Part shown: positions 45,980 to 55,801 of the stretch, piece after piece
Numbering within the stretch: the first letter of the stretch is position 1
How the letters are laid out: every line of letters starts with the position of its first letter
Program-made: the position numbers and the translations under genes
DNA from: an uncultured Candidatus Saccharibacteria bacterium
GTDB taxonomy: Bacteria > Patescibacteriota > Saccharimonadia > CAILAD01 > BJGX01
Direction of reading: 5' to 3'
DNA length: 64,000 nucleotides
Assembly: GCA_964512085.1 (NCBI GenBank)
Contig: CAZEIU010000001.1
Span: 7,647 to 71,646, forward strand
The notes under the pieces: model-generated
What the model saw: only the letters and a program-made list of their open reading frames with translations
Database searches by the model: none
Told to the model about the DNA's origin: nothing

Positions 45980-46957
45980 CTACTTTTTAGATAGCAAATT
46001 GTCAATTGAGTTTATAAGTTCGGCATGGCTTTTGGCTTGCATAAGATTTGCTCTAACTTCGGCTGCATTTGCAAAACCATGCACATACATCTTTACAAAC
46101 TTTTTGAGTGGCTCAAATCTATACTCACCATTCTTACCCCAGGTTTTTTGATGCAAAAGAACGTGTTCTTTTAGTATAACCAGCATATCACTTAGATCTT
46201 TAGTCTGCTGGTTATCTGAAAACACAAATAGGTTTTGAAAAATTCCTCTACCAACCATAATACCATCTACCCCACTTTCTTTAGCGCGATCTAACCCTTC
46301 TTGTTTAGTCAATACATCGCCATTACCTACAATTATGGTGTGTGGTGAAAGTTTATTTCTAAGCTCTACGGCTTTTTTTATTTCTTGCCACTTTGCCGGC
46401 ACTTTGCTTTGGTCTTTTTTGGTGCGACCATGAACAATTAATGCATCTAGATTATGATTAAGCAAAAAACTTATCCAATTCTCAGTATCAATATTATTAA
46501 AGCCAATACGGGTTTTTACGCTCAAGGGTATCTTACCGCTTAAACCTTCTTGAGTTGCCAAAATTATCTCATTAGCTAGAGGTTGGTTTTCTATTAATGC
46601 CGAGCAGGCGCCTTTTTTGATTATTTCTTTTACTGGACAACCCATATTGATATCTACGCCATCAAAACCAAGCTCAACCATATCTTGAGCCATTTTGTAG
46701 TAGTGTTGAGGCTCTATACCCCAAATTTGTGCAATTAATGGCTTCTCGGCAGGTGTCTTCTTTAGTCTTTTGGCGATAGCTTTTTTACCGGGGCTACACC
46801 ACCCGTCGGCATTAGCAAATTCTGTCATCATCAAATCAGCCGGTGCATGTTTTACAACTATTTGTCGAAAAACCGTATCTGTCACATCGTCCATAGGTGC
46901 CAGCACAAAGAACGGCTTCTTAGATTCTTGTAATTTTTGCCAAATATTATTACTCAT
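45980..46957 (-). CDS. dus: tRNA-dihydrouridine synthase
   Basis: FVLAPMDDVTDTVFRQIV FMN-binding TIM-barrel start, catalytic Cys region (INMGCPVKEIIKKGACSAL); 325 aa. Confidence 0.85.
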   Translation of the reverse strand: MSNNIWQKLQESKKPFFVLAPMDDVTDTVFRQIVVKHAPADLMMTEFANADGWCSPGKKAIAKRLKKTPAEKPLIAQIWGIEPQHYYKMAQDMVELGFDGVDINMGCPVKEIIKKGACSALIENQPLANEIILATQEGLSGKIPLSVKTRIGFNNIDTENWISFLLNHNLDALIVHGRTKKDQSKVPAKWQEIKKAVELRNKLSPHTIIVGNGDVLTKQEGLDRAKESGVDGIMVGRGIFQNLFVFSDNQQTKDLSDMLVILKEHVLLHQKTWGKNGEYRFEPLKKFVKMYVHGFANAAEVRANLMQAKSHAELINSIDNLLSKK

Positions 46958-47036
46958 AACTTGAGATGTGATTATAGCGAAAAATTGTATAAATTTCTAG
47001 TCACTAATAAGCATAGATTGCGTTATAATAAAATCA

Positions 47037-48512
47037 ATGTCAAAAAAAGAAGTTTCTCCCCAACCAGATTTTGTATACGACCCTGAAAAGCATAAACCCC
47101 AGAGCACTACAAAAGAGCTTCGTAAGTCAGATTTTGTTTTTGACCCTAAAGACCCTGATTCTTCTTCTCACTTAAGTAATGATTTTTCTGATCTACAACC
47201 ACCAGCCAAACCACGTTGGCGCAAAGTTATGAAAGTAATACTAATTATACTCGGAGTATTGGGTATAATAGCTGCAGCCATAGGATTATATCTATATCTA
47301 ACGGCTGGTAAAATATCCACCAACCCATTTGGTTTTGGCAAGCTCAAAGGCGAGGCCGATGGTAGAGTTAATATTTTGCTATTAGGCATTGGTGACCCAG
47401 GCCATGCTGGAGAAACTTTGGCTGACACCAACATGGTAGTTAGTATCAATACAAAAACCAACCCTGCCCAAGTGGCAATGGTTAGCCTCCCGAGAGATTT
47501 GCAAGTCAAGATAGATGGTGATGGCGAAGGCAAATTAAATGAGGCTCATGCTTTTGGAGAGCAACAAAACCCGCCCAATGGCATAGCTACTAGCCAAAAA
47601 ACAATCGAAGAAACTTTGGGAATACCTATTCACTATTATGTTCGAGCTAACTTCTCGGGCCTAAAAGAAGCCGTTGATGCGGTGGGTGGCGTTGATATCA
47701 ATGTACAAGACGCATTAATCGATCCCGAATATCCTTGCGAAAAAAATGAAGGTAAGAGTTGCGGACTCAAAATAATGCCTGGTCAACAACATATGGATGG
47801 CGCTACAGCTCTTAAGTATGCTCGATGTCGTAAAGGTACCTGTGGTGACGATTTTGGACGCGCTTTGCGCCAACAAGAAGTTTTAACAGCCGTTAGGGAT
47901 AAAGTCTTGAGCCTACAAACTCTTTCTAATCCAAGCAAAGTGAGTCAACTCATTAGCACTGCAAGCAACAATATAAAAACCGATTTGAGCCTAAACAATA
48001 TACAAAGATTGCAGCAACTAACAAAAGATACTAATAAAAACGATTTTGTAAATGTTGTGTTCTCCCTCAAGCCTAATGGCTTCTTAGTATCTAGCAAGAC
48101 ATCTAGCAATTTATTGCCAGCCGGTGGAAGTTTTGAAGACATCCAAAAATTTGTCGCCAATATATTTACCTTGGGACCAATCTGGAAAGAAGACTCTAAT
48201 ATGACTATTCTCAATGGCACTTCTACTGTCGGGTTAAGTCTCAAATTTGAAAAATATCTATCAGCAAACGCTATTCCCATAACTGTTGAGAGTATCGGTA
48301 ATGCCGAGACCAAAGACTACACTACATCACAAATTATTGACTATACCGGTAGCACCAAACCAAATACGGCAAAGTACTTAGCTGATTTACTCGGCGTACA
48401 AGTCACCCAGCCCGCGCAACCAGTCAAAAACCCTGTTGTAGATTTTGAAGTAATATTGGGCACCGATTACGTTACCAAAACTACTTCTGCTGCTACTAGC
48501 GACACGCAATAA
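47037..48512 (+). CDS. LytR-CpsA-Psr (LCP) family protein
   Basis: Cytoplasmic N-terminus, TM helix and an LCP domain (VNILLLGIGD...DTNMVVSINT...VSLPRDLQVKI). C-terminal LytR_C-like region. Confidence 0.8.
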   Translation: MSKKEVSPQPDFVYDPEKHKPQSTTKELRKSDFVFDPKDPDSSSHLSNDFSDLQPPAKPRWRKVMKVILIILGVLGIIAAAIGLYLYLTAGKISTNPFGFGKLKGEADGRVNILLLGIGDPGHAGETLADTNMVVSINTKTNPAQVAMVSLPRDLQVKIDGDGEGKLNEAHAFGEQQNPPNGIATSQKTIEETLGIPIHYYVRANFSGLKEAVDAVGGVDINVQDALIDPEYPCEKNEGKSCGLKIMPGQQHMDGATALKYARCRKGTCGDDFGRALRQQEVLTAVRDKVLSLQTLSNPSKVSQLISTASNNIKTDLSLNNIQRLQQLTKDTNKNDFVNVVFSLKPNGFLVSSKTSSNLLPAGGSFEDIQKFVANIFTLGPIWKEDSNMTILNGTSTVGLSLKFEKYLSANAIPITVESIGNAETKDYTTSQIIDYTGSTKPNTAKYLADLLGVQVTQPAQPVKNPVVDFEVILGTDYVTKTTSAATSDTQ

Positions 48513-48542
48513 AAACCACTATCTTTTGATAGTGGTAGGTAA

Positions 48543-48749
48543 TTACTCTTGGGTACTTGGTTGAACCCAATAGTCATCAAATTGCCAGCCGGCCAATTGG
48601 TCATTCTCAAATTGTCTTTTTTGTCTACGAGTAAGTTGTCTGTTTTTATTCTTATTAATGCGTCGGGTATCGGCTTGAGGCGCCCGACAGATTGTTACTA
48701 CAATAATAGTTAGTACAACCACAACGGCAGTAAAAAGATATTTTCTCAC
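48543..48749 (-). CDS. small secreted/signal-anchored basic peptide (68 aa)
   Basis: N-terminal signal-like segment MRKYLFTAVVVVLTIIVVTICRA, then an R/K/Q-rich tail. Confidence 0.3.
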   Translation of the reverse strand: MRKYLFTAVVVVLTIIVVTICRAPQADTRRINKNKNRQLTRRQKRQFENDQLAGWQFDDYWVQPSTQE

Positions 48750-48834
48750 CGCTTCTCCTCTCGCGAAGGCTTATTTTGCCCTGCGTGAATTGCAAATGTA
48801 GATTACCATTAATTGGGCAATACTACAAGAAAAG

Positions 48835-49473
48835 CTACATTTTATAAATTGGATTCTTAACAAAGAAGCAGAGCCAAGTAATACTTTTTGAGGTATTAGC
48901 TCTATCTGGGGTGGTTTTTCGATAAAATCTAACTACCCTAAGATTAGATCTAGTTAGATACTCTACAAACTCTTCATATTGCCAAAAAGCAAAGAACCTT
49001 GGTGGCAAGTGTTCTTGACCAAGATTAGTTACGAATTCTTCACCTTCGCCTTGTTTGAGAGAAATAAACCCAACCGAACCAGGTTTGAGGCATCGTCCTA
49101 TTTCATTTAAAACCCCGTTCATTTCTATCTTTGGAATATGCAATAAACTTGCCGCACACCAAAAAGCATCAAAACTACAGTCTTTAAAAGGTAGAAATTG
49201 CATATTAGCTTGAGCCAGTCGTTGCCGATTGGCATTTCGGCGCGTTTGCTCTAAGAACCCTCTACTAATATCTATGGCGAAGTAGTTAGTTAAGTCTCCA
49301 AAAAACCGAGCCTCGGCTCCTACACCACACCCTATTTCAAGTAAGCTATTAATATCTTTCATTTTCGTTAAACGTTTTGCAGCATACAGCCAAAAATCAG
49401 ATGTTGGCATTCTAAAATCTTCAGCTGTTAGCTCATAATACTCACGAGTAGAGTCGGTATCGACCATTGACAC
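48835..49473 (-). CDS. class I SAM-dependent methyltransferase
   Basis: Motif I LLEIGCGVGAEARFF and downstream motif II/III spacing typical of Rossmann-fold MTases. Confidence 0.7.
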   Translation of the reverse strand: MSMVDTDSTREYYELTAEDFRMPTSDFWLYAAKRLTKMKDINSLLEIGCGVGAEARFFGDLTNYFAIDISRGFLEQTRRNANRQRLAQANMQFLPFKDCSFDAFWCAASLLHIPKIEMNGVLNEIGRCLKPGSVGFISLKQGEGEEFVTNLGQEHLPPRFFAFWQYEEFVEYLTRSNLRVVRFYRKTTPDRANTSKSITWLCFFVKNPIYKM

Positions 49474-49534
49474 CTCGCTTGTTTAGGTACAACAGGTAAT
49501 TGATTATAAATTATTATGGTCGCAAAGTAAAAGC

Positions 49535-50281
49535 TTAAGCGCTACCTTGCAAGAACTCTTTGCGTTGTTTTTCTTCAAACCGTTCTATAGCATAGCGAAG
49601 CATCGTACGGGGCATAGTTTTGTATCGATCGTTCTCTAATAAAAAAGCTTCTTCTTTCTCTAAGCTCACCCTCTTGCCCACTTCACGCAACATCCAGCCG
49701 ACAGCTTTTTGTATTAAGTCGTGCCCATCATTTATAAGTAGTTTGGCAATTTCAAAAGTCATCTCAGATTTACCATCATAAATAAATGCAAAAGTAGCAA
49801 TAATAGCGATTCTTCTCTCCCATAAGTTGTTAGACTTGGCTAGTTTAGTTAAAACATTGCTGTCTTTATTATTTTGCAATAAGTAGCCTCCAACTATATA
49901 GCCTGCCGAAGAATCAACTATGTCCCAGTTATTAATATATTTAGTGTGAGATAAATAAAAATCATATATTTGTTTTTTGGTTAGAGTGTCGGCTTTTTTA
50001 AATTTATCTACCAATATAATAACGGCAGTAAGTCTATACTCATGCTCTTTGCTAAGTATAAGTTTCTCGACTTCGTTTAATTCTAGATTATGAAATTGCT
50101 TTGCTACTTTTCGCTGATTGGGTACACTTACACCAATAAAAACATCACCATAGCCATATTGACCCTCGTTGGTCTTAAAAAACCACGCACTCGACTCAGC
50201 GCGTATAGGGTCGGCTAATTTATTTAGCTCTTGTTTTAGTTGCGCTGTGGTTACTTTCTGCCCCACTTTATTGCGCTCCAA
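49535..50281 (-). CDS. DNA alkylation repair protein (AlkD/AlkC-like HEAT-repeat glycosylase family)
   Basis: 248 aa all-helical protein with the characteristic ...AESSAWFFKT...GYGDVFIGVSVPNQR... start of the DNA_alkylation family. Confidence 0.6.
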   Translation of the reverse strand: MERNKVGQKVTTAQLKQELNKLADPIRAESSAWFFKTNEGQYGYGDVFIGVSVPNQRKVAKQFHNLELNEVEKLILSKEHEYRLTAVIILVDKFKKADTLTKKQIYDFYLSHTKYINNWDIVDSSAGYIVGGYLLQNNKDSNVLTKLAKSNNLWERRIAIIATFAFIYDGKSEMTFEIAKLLINDGHDLIQKAVGWMLREVGKRVSLEKEEAFLLENDRYKTMPRTMLRYAIERFEEKQRKEFLQGSA

Positions 50282-50475
50282 ATTCTTTCATGAAAATAGT
50301 ATATTATAGTGCCAGTTACTGCAGTTATACCGGTAATGGCGGCGGCATCATAAAACCTACCAGTCTCAAAAAAAGTAACTAAAAACACCGATATTACTAT
50401 CACTACTCTATAGGTAATAGACTTAACTATAGAGCGAGCATGAGTTTCGCTGTGCCGAATCTTAACTTTTTTCAT
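50251..50475 (-). CDS. small membrane protein (two TM helices)
   Basis: 74 aa; overlaps the upstream gene by 31 nt. Confidence 0.4.
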   Translation of the reverse strand: MKKVKIRHSETHARSIVKSITYRVVIVISVFLVTFFETGRFYDAAAITGITAVTGTIIYYFHERIWSAIKWGRK

Positions 50476-50502
50476 TATAATTATTATACATTGTTTGGTA
50501 AG

Positions 50503-50530
50503 TAAAAACCCTCGCAGTTATCCGCGAGGG
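50503..50530 (-). terminator. rho-independent terminator (CCCTCGC-agttatcc-GCGAGGG + T5 in minus sense)
   Basis: Read directly downstream of the 49-aa ORF. Confidence 0.55.
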
Positions 50531-50538
50531 CAATAATA

Positions 50539-50688
50539 TTAAGGTGACGCTCGAGACGGAACGTGCTCTTTATCGTCTAGTCTTAACAATTCATGGGTAC
50601 ATCTATCTAATTCTTGCCTAAGCCTTTCTATGTTATTGCGCAAGCATTGTTTTCTATATTCAATAGCATCTTGCGAATCTGGGCTCAT
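50539..50688 (-). CDS. unlisted small ORF (49 aa, coiled-coil-like: MSPDSQDAIEYRKQCLRNNIERLRQELDRCTHELLRLDDKEHVPSRASP)
   Basis: Below the ORF-track threshold. AAAGGA RBS 6 nt upstream of ATG, putative TTGCAA-17-TAGAAT promoter upstream, and flanked by terminators on both sides. Confidence 0.4.
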   Translation of the reverse strand: MSPDSQDAIEYRKQCLRNNIERLRQELDRCTHELLRLDDKEHVPSRASP

Positions 50689-50758
50689 TGTTGATCCTTT
50701 CGTGTTCCAGATACGAGGATTTTTAAGATTCTACTCCTTTGCAGTAGTTTTTGCAAGT

Positions 50759-50785
50759 AAAAAACCTCTAGCCGTTTGCTAGAGG
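50759..50785 (-). terminator. rho-independent terminator (CCTCTAG-ccgtttg-CTAGAGG + T-run in minus sense)
   Basis: Read directly, immediately after the EEP-family gene stop. Confidence 0.55.
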
Positions 50786-50793
50786 CAAAATAG

Positions 50794-51633
50794 TTATATG
50801 TGCAGCTCATAAACAAGCGGGCGATGGTCTGAAGGTCCTGAATCTAAAATGCCCGAACTAATAACTTGAATGTAATTACTTGCGAACGCAAAATCAATTC
50901 TTCTACCGAGCATATTTGGCACAAAACGTGGCCCAATCCAAGTGGGAGCACTCATCTCGGGCCCCAGTGGATTTAATACGTTAGACAATGATTTTATTAT
51001 TCTTGTAGAATTCTTAGCATTGAAGTCTCCTGCTAAAAATACTGGGTGAGGATGTTCAGACAGCCACGACAAGAGTGTAGCACTCTCGTTATCGATCAAA
51101 GTTGCATTTGTTCTTAGCGGTAGTCTATAAGACAAATGTACATTTGCAAAAGTCACTTTTTGACCAGACTCTGTGGTTACGGTGCCGTACACAAGTACTC
51201 TTCTGCTACCAAGACCATTCTTGCCCAACGCTCTTCCGCCTTGACTCAATACAATATAACCAAATTCTATCGAATACTTACTGTAAAGGATTGATCCCTC
51301 AGATATAGTGCCGTATCTTTTAGTCTCACGTCTGCGGGTTTCGATAAACATAAAAGACATTAAACGGTGCAATGCAATTTGATAAGGTATTGTGTTGCCA
51401 GTAATTGTACTATGCTCTTCTAAGAATCTAGTGCGCACAACTACCTCTTGAAGCATCAAAAAATCACAGTCAAAGTCGTCGCTAAGTAATCTCGGGATAA
51501 GTTTTTCATCGCCAGCCCGCCACCAAACGTTCCAATTTATCAATTTTAGAGGCCTATTGGTTGGAATCTTAAATCTATCACCGGGATCGTCGGATCTTAC
51601 CGCTCTCCAATGAGATTCTTCTTCTAAAAGCAA
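50794..51633 (-). CDS. endonuclease/exonuclease/phosphatase (EEP) family protein
   Basis: MLQEV...; GDFNAKN...; SDHRP catalytic motifs in EEP order; 279 aa. Confidence 0.7.
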   Translation of the reverse strand: MLLEEESHWRAVRSDDPGDRFKIPTNRPLKLINWNVWWRAGDEKLIPRLLSDDFDCDFLMLQEVVVRTRFLEEHSTITGNTIPYQIALHRLMSFMFIETRRRETKRYGTISEGSILYSKYSIEFGYIVLSQGGRALGKNGLGSRRVLVYGTVTTESGQKVTFANVHLSYRLPLRTNATLIDNESATLLSWLSEHPHPVFLAGDFNAKNSTRIIKSLSNVLNPLGPEMSAPTWIGPRFVPNMLGRRIDFAFASNYIQVISSGILDSGPSDHRPLVYELHI

Positions 51634-52312
51634 AGTTTTCTCCTCTTCTATAAGGTGCTAAGACAGGTGTTATTATATTGAATAATTATTTTTTTACAAG
51701 TAAAAAGCCTCAAACTGTCGTTCGAGGCTATATTATAGGTAATGATTACCAAATATTTAGAATGATAAACGCTATACCGGTAAAGAGCGATAAAAGGCCA
51801 ATAATCATTAGTAGCATACCAAACTTCTCTGCAAACTTTCCTCTATGCGATTCTCGCGATGCCATATCTGTTCCACCCAAAAAAGCCAATAAGCCGCACA
51901 CAACAGCAAGTACATCGTATGGCACGTTCGCTCTCTCCTTGTCTCAACGCTTTTGAAATTACCAAGAGGATTATACTTATAATAACGTTTTTTTGCAATA
52001 AAATTATTCTTAGTTATAAATCGAAAGGTTGCATTAAACAAATATCGCAACAGCTCCCGCTAAGAGTAAAATTATGCCCGTTACTTGAATCGATCTAGCC
52101 ATAAAGTTAGTAGCTTTGTCGCTACTATGTTTTTCATAATATAAAGAACCTACTACTAATGTAAAAGCTCCCAACGCGAACATTACGAACTCGTTTTTCA
52201 CTTCTCTACCTCAATCTTTCGACGAAAAGTTCCATGCAATAATAGCATAATATAATAATTCTGTAAATAATTAACATGACAATTTTCGCTTTTTGTTTGC
52301 TATAATAATATT

Positions 52313-53515
52313 ATGAAGCAACAAGACGAGTTTACACCTTTAGCCGAGAGCTTGCGACCTCAAAAGCTTAGCGAAGTTATTGGGCAAAAACATCTTTTAG
52401 CCAAAGATAAGTTTTTACACAACATACTTAGCAATAAGAAACCTGTGAGTATGATCTTATGGGGCCCTCCAGGATCGGGCAAAACAACAATCGCCAGAAT
52501 AATTGGTCACAACAAAGATTATGAGTACACCGAAATTTCGGCAGTAACTTCGGGTTTAAGCGATGTAAAATGCGTTATTATTGATGCCAAAGCTATGCAG
52601 AGATTGGGTAAAAAAACAGTGTTATTTGTAGATGAAATACATAGGTTCAATAAGGCTCAGCAAGATGCATTTTTGCCTCACGTAGAGAATGGTACGATCG
52701 TTCTTATTGGTGCTACTACCGAAAACCCTAGCTTTGAGGTTATTAGCCCGCTACTGTCACGCACTCGTGTTGTCGTACTAGAGAGTCTCACCAAAAAAGA
52801 TATCACAACTCTTTTAAAGAGAGCTCAAAAACACATTGCGCCCAAATCATTAAACAAAGACTCGCTAGCATTACTTGCAGAATTATCTGGTGGTGATGCT
52901 CGTATGGCAATTAATGGCTTGGAGCTCGCTGCACAGCTTAGCCCCAAAGAGATAACTACAGAGCGCGTAAAGCAAGCCATGCTTACTGCGGGCAAGCAAA
53001 CTGCCAAATACGACAAAGGTGGCGAATATCATTACAATATTATTTCTGCTTACATAAAATCTATGAGGGGTGGTGATATAGATGCCACATTGTACTATCT
53101 TGCCCGTATGATAAATGGCGGCGAAGATCCTAAATTTATCGCCCGACGAAATATTGTATTTGCTAGCGAAGATATTGGCCTTGCCGCACCTGCTGCACTC
53201 AACTTAGCAGTTTCTACATTTTTAACAGTAGAGCGAGTTGGTTCGCCAGAGTGTAATTATGCTCTGTTTGAATGCGCTATTGTTCTAGCTAAGAGTAAGA
53301 AATCTCGTGCTGTAACCGATGCGATGAACAAAGCTTTTGATATAGCCAGCAAATATCCAGATACTGCTGTACCATTACATTTACGAAATGCTCCTACCAA
53401 ATTAATGAAAGATTTGGGCTACCAAAAAGGAACCAAGTGGGAGTCTGGTTTTAAACACTCCAAGGGCTTTATGCCGAGCGAATTAAAAGATATCAATATT
53501 TTTAAAAACCAATAG
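52313..53515 (+). CDS. rarA: replication-associated recombination protein A (MgsA/RarA AAA+ ATPase)
   Basis: Walker A ILWGPPGSGKTTIARII, Walker B VLFVDEIHRFNKAQQD, a sensor region and a C-terminal MgsA_C-like helical domain. Confidence 0.9.
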   Translation: MKQQDEFTPLAESLRPQKLSEVIGQKHLLAKDKFLHNILSNKKPVSMILWGPPGSGKTTIARIIGHNKDYEYTEISAVTSGLSDVKCVIIDAKAMQRLGKKTVLFVDEIHRFNKAQQDAFLPHVENGTIVLIGATTENPSFEVISPLLSRTRVVVLESLTKKDITTLLKRAQKHIAPKSLNKDSLALLAELSGGDARMAINGLELAAQLSPKEITTERVKQAMLTAGKQTAKYDKGGEYHYNIISAYIKSMRGGDIDATLYYLARMINGGEDPKFIARRNIVFASEDIGLAAPAALNLAVSTFLTVERVGSPECNYALFECAIVLAKSKKSRAVTDAMNKAFDIASKYPDTAVPLHLRNAPTKLMKDLGYQKGTKWESGFKHSKGFMPSELKDINIFKNQ

Positions 53516-54041
53516 AGCTATATTGCGCAACGTTTTTAGACACTGTCTCTAAGAAAGGTTGTATATTTTTTATTAGCTCAACTGTAGCTTTGGTTTGCAA
53601 AACTGAGCCGTCAGATTTTTTTATGGTAATAGTTCGTGTTTGTCCGCCAAGCAATTCGGGTTGGCCGGCACTATTATTGGCATTTATAGAGCCTTGTACG
53701 TCGTTTTTATAATAACTATCTACAATGTTTTGATAACCCGACTTGGTAAGACTACAAGGTTGGCTACCGTTTTGATTTACACTGCCCGAAACCACAATAC
53801 TGCAGCCATTGTTTTGCAATGTAAGTGTTTTGGTAGATTGAAACTCGGGCGTAACTGGGCCCGTGCTCGTACTAAACTCAATGCTAGATATAGAGCTGTA
53901 TTTGGTTTTATTAGAATATATTGAGTAAAGAATGAGCCCAACCACAAGCAAGGCAATTAGCACTACTGCAATTATCGTTATTCGTTTGTTGCGTTTATAG
54001 TTGTCGTAAGTTTGCAAATTACTATAACGAGATTTATTCAT
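53502..54041 (-). CDS. hypothetical membrane-anchored protein
   Basis: 179 aa with N-terminal TM (ITIIAVVLIALLVVGLILYSI) and an extracytoplasmic Ser/Thr-rich domain. Confidence 0.45.
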   Translation of the reverse strand: MNKSRYSNLQTYDNYKRNKRITIIAVVLIALLVVGLILYSIYSNKTKYSSISSIEFSTSTGPVTPEFQSTKTLTLQNNGCSIVVSGSVNQNGSQPCSLTKSGYQNIVDSYYKNDVQGSINANNSAGQPELLGGQTRTITIKKSDGSVLQTKATVELIKNIQPFLETVSKNVAQYSSIGF

Positions 54042-54084
54042 AAATTAATAATATCACTTTTATATTTGCTATAATACAAAACTA

Positions 54085-54807
54085 ATGAAAACAACAATTG
54101 GCTTAATAGGCTACGGTGATTTTGGCCGGTTAATAATAAAATTTCTGAGCAAAGACCACGATTTTGAAGTCTTTAGTCGATCTGCCAAAGAAAGCAATAC
54201 AAAATCTGTAAGTTTTGTAAGTTTAAACAAGTGCGTAAATAACAAGTATATTATTTTGGCTACACCGTTATCGGCATACAAAAAAATATTACAACAAATT
54301 AGTAAGAGTGCACCAAAGAATGCCGTTGTTATAGATGTTTGTTCTGTAAAAGTCGAGCCACAACGCTTGGCCAAAAAATACTTGCGTAGCGATATTGGTT
54401 TTATCGGTACTCATCCTCTCTTTGGTCCGCAGTCGGCTACTAATAGCCTTAAAAATCACAAGATTGTAATTTGTACTCAAAACAAAACTAGTTTTGCAAA
54501 CAATTTAGAAAGCTACTTATCTAAATTAGGCCTAAAAGTAATTCACTTGACCGCCCAAGAACACGATAAACAGATGGCCGAGGTTCAGGCGCTTACTTTT
54601 TTTGTAGCTAGAGGTCTTATGAATACCCATTTACACAAGAACATTCTTACTACCCCTTCATTTAAGAAGTTATTAGATCTTGCCGAGCTCGAATCTCATC
54701 ATTCAGATGCGTTATTTAATACTATCCAAACAGGCAACCCTTATGCCAAAACTGCAAGAAACAAGTTTATCGCCATGCTCAAACAGCTTAATAAAAAAAT
54801 AAAATAA
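54085..54807 (+). CDS. prephenate/arogenate dehydrogenase-like NAD(P)-binding protein
   Basis: Rossmann motif IGLIGYGDFGRL and the TyrA-like block ...IDVCSVKVEP...GTHPLFGP. Confidence 0.6.
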   Translation: MKTTIGLIGYGDFGRLIIKFLSKDHDFEVFSRSAKESNTKSVSFVSLNKCVNNKYIILATPLSAYKKILQQISKSAPKNAVVIDVCSVKVEPQRLAKKYLRSDIGFIGTHPLFGPQSATNSLKNHKIVICTQNKTSFANNLESYLSKLGLKVIHLTAQEHDKQMAEVQALTFFVARGLMNTHLHKNILTTPSFKKLLDLAELESHHSDALFNTIQTGNPYAKTARNKFIAMLKQLNKKIK

Positions 54808-54823
54808 GGAGTATAATAGATTT

Positions 54824-55195
54824 ATGAATTCAAATAAAATAACCACTCTAGTAATAGGTCTTTTACTTATAGCAATTTCATTTATTATTCTTATTGGGTT
54901 ACTTGCCAAACTCGATGCCACCTCGCAAATTCTAGATTACTGGCCTGCGGTACTTATTTTTATTGGAGTACTAGCCATGAGCGGTAAAAACACAAGTAGC
55001 TACGGCGTAGCCTTAGGGCTAATATTTTTAGGCATCTTTGGCGCTTTGCGACGCATTGGTGCTATGCAAACTCCTACCGGACAAGCCTTAGTAGCTCTAT
55101 TTGTAGGTTTTGGAGGAATTGTAATGCTAGTAATGTTGGTCTCAAGACCAAAAAAATCGACTTCTAATCAACCCATAAACCGGTCGGATAGATAG
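54824..55195 (+). CDS. hypothetical integral membrane protein
   Basis: 123 aa, four hydrophobic helices. Confidence 0.4.
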   Translation: MNSNKITTLVIGLLLIAISFIILIGLLAKLDATSQILDYWPAVLIFIGVLAMSGKNTSSYGVALGLIFLGIFGALRRIGAMQTPTGQALVALFVGFGGIVMLVMLVSRPKKSTSNQPINRSDR

Positions 55196-55510
55196 CTATT
55201 TCTTACTAAGTTTTTTCTGCAAATTTTTGTGGCGTTTTTGTAGGCGCTTACTATAGTTTACGGCCAAGTTATTTACAAAGAACAAGAATATAGAAATACC
55301 AATTACTATATAGACCATAGTAAATATCTTAGTTATATCTGTGGTTGGCACCAAGTTTCCATACCCAACGGTCGCTAGAGTTACTACGCAAAAAAACAGC
55401 GAATCTATAAATCGCCACTTCTCAAAATGCATATAAAATATTGTACCTATAAAAAGTAGCAAGAATACTACCAAGAACAAATATCTGTTTTTTACATGAG
55501 CGTTTACCAT
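55196..55510 (-). CDS. minimal two-TM potassium channel (pore-loop with TVGYG selectivity filter)
   Basis: 104 aa: TM1 - pore helix - TLATVGYGNLVP - TM2; no cytoplasmic domains. Confidence 0.6.
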   Translation of the reverse strand: MVNAHVKNRYLFLVVFLLLFIGTIFYMHFEKWRFIDSLFFCVVTLATVGYGNLVPTTDITKIFTMVYIVIGISIFLFFVNNLAVNYSKRLQKRHKNLQKKLSKK

Positions 55511-55543
55511 TTTTTTATTATAGCAAATATTATTTACAATAAC

Positions 55544-55801
55544 CTACACGAATATATTAATAATGGCTATTATAGCTACTATAGCCATTACAGCATTCAC
55601 AATAGCAGTCTGATGAGTCCTTTTAAAAAGCGATATTGTTATTAAGCATACTGCACCAATTAAATTGAGCACATGAAACAACAATGCATCGACATTAGTA
55701 ACTTTTAAAACTAAAAGTATGTAAGCAAGAATAATTAAGATAGCGCCTAGCCAACCAACAACTTCAAAAAGTACTTTTCTGTCTCTTTTACTTAATTTCA
55801 T
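55544..55801 (-). CDS. small membrane protein
   Basis: 85 aa, three hydrophobic helices. Confidence 0.35.
   Translation of the reverse strand: MKLSKRDRKVLFEVVGWLGAILIILAYILLVLKVTNVDALLFHVLNLIGAVCLITISLFKRTHQTAIVNAVMAIVAIIAIINIFV

Noticed and set aside
51634-52312. Short ORFs between the EEP gene and rarA (e.g. 51808-52050, 51678-51956)
   Set aside because: Overlapping/antisense pairs with no clear RBS. The interval is more simply read as intergenic with one minus-strand terminator-like hairpin (about 51708-51730). My attempt to hand-derive sub-60-aa ORFs here was not reproducible against the ORF track, so nothing is claimed.
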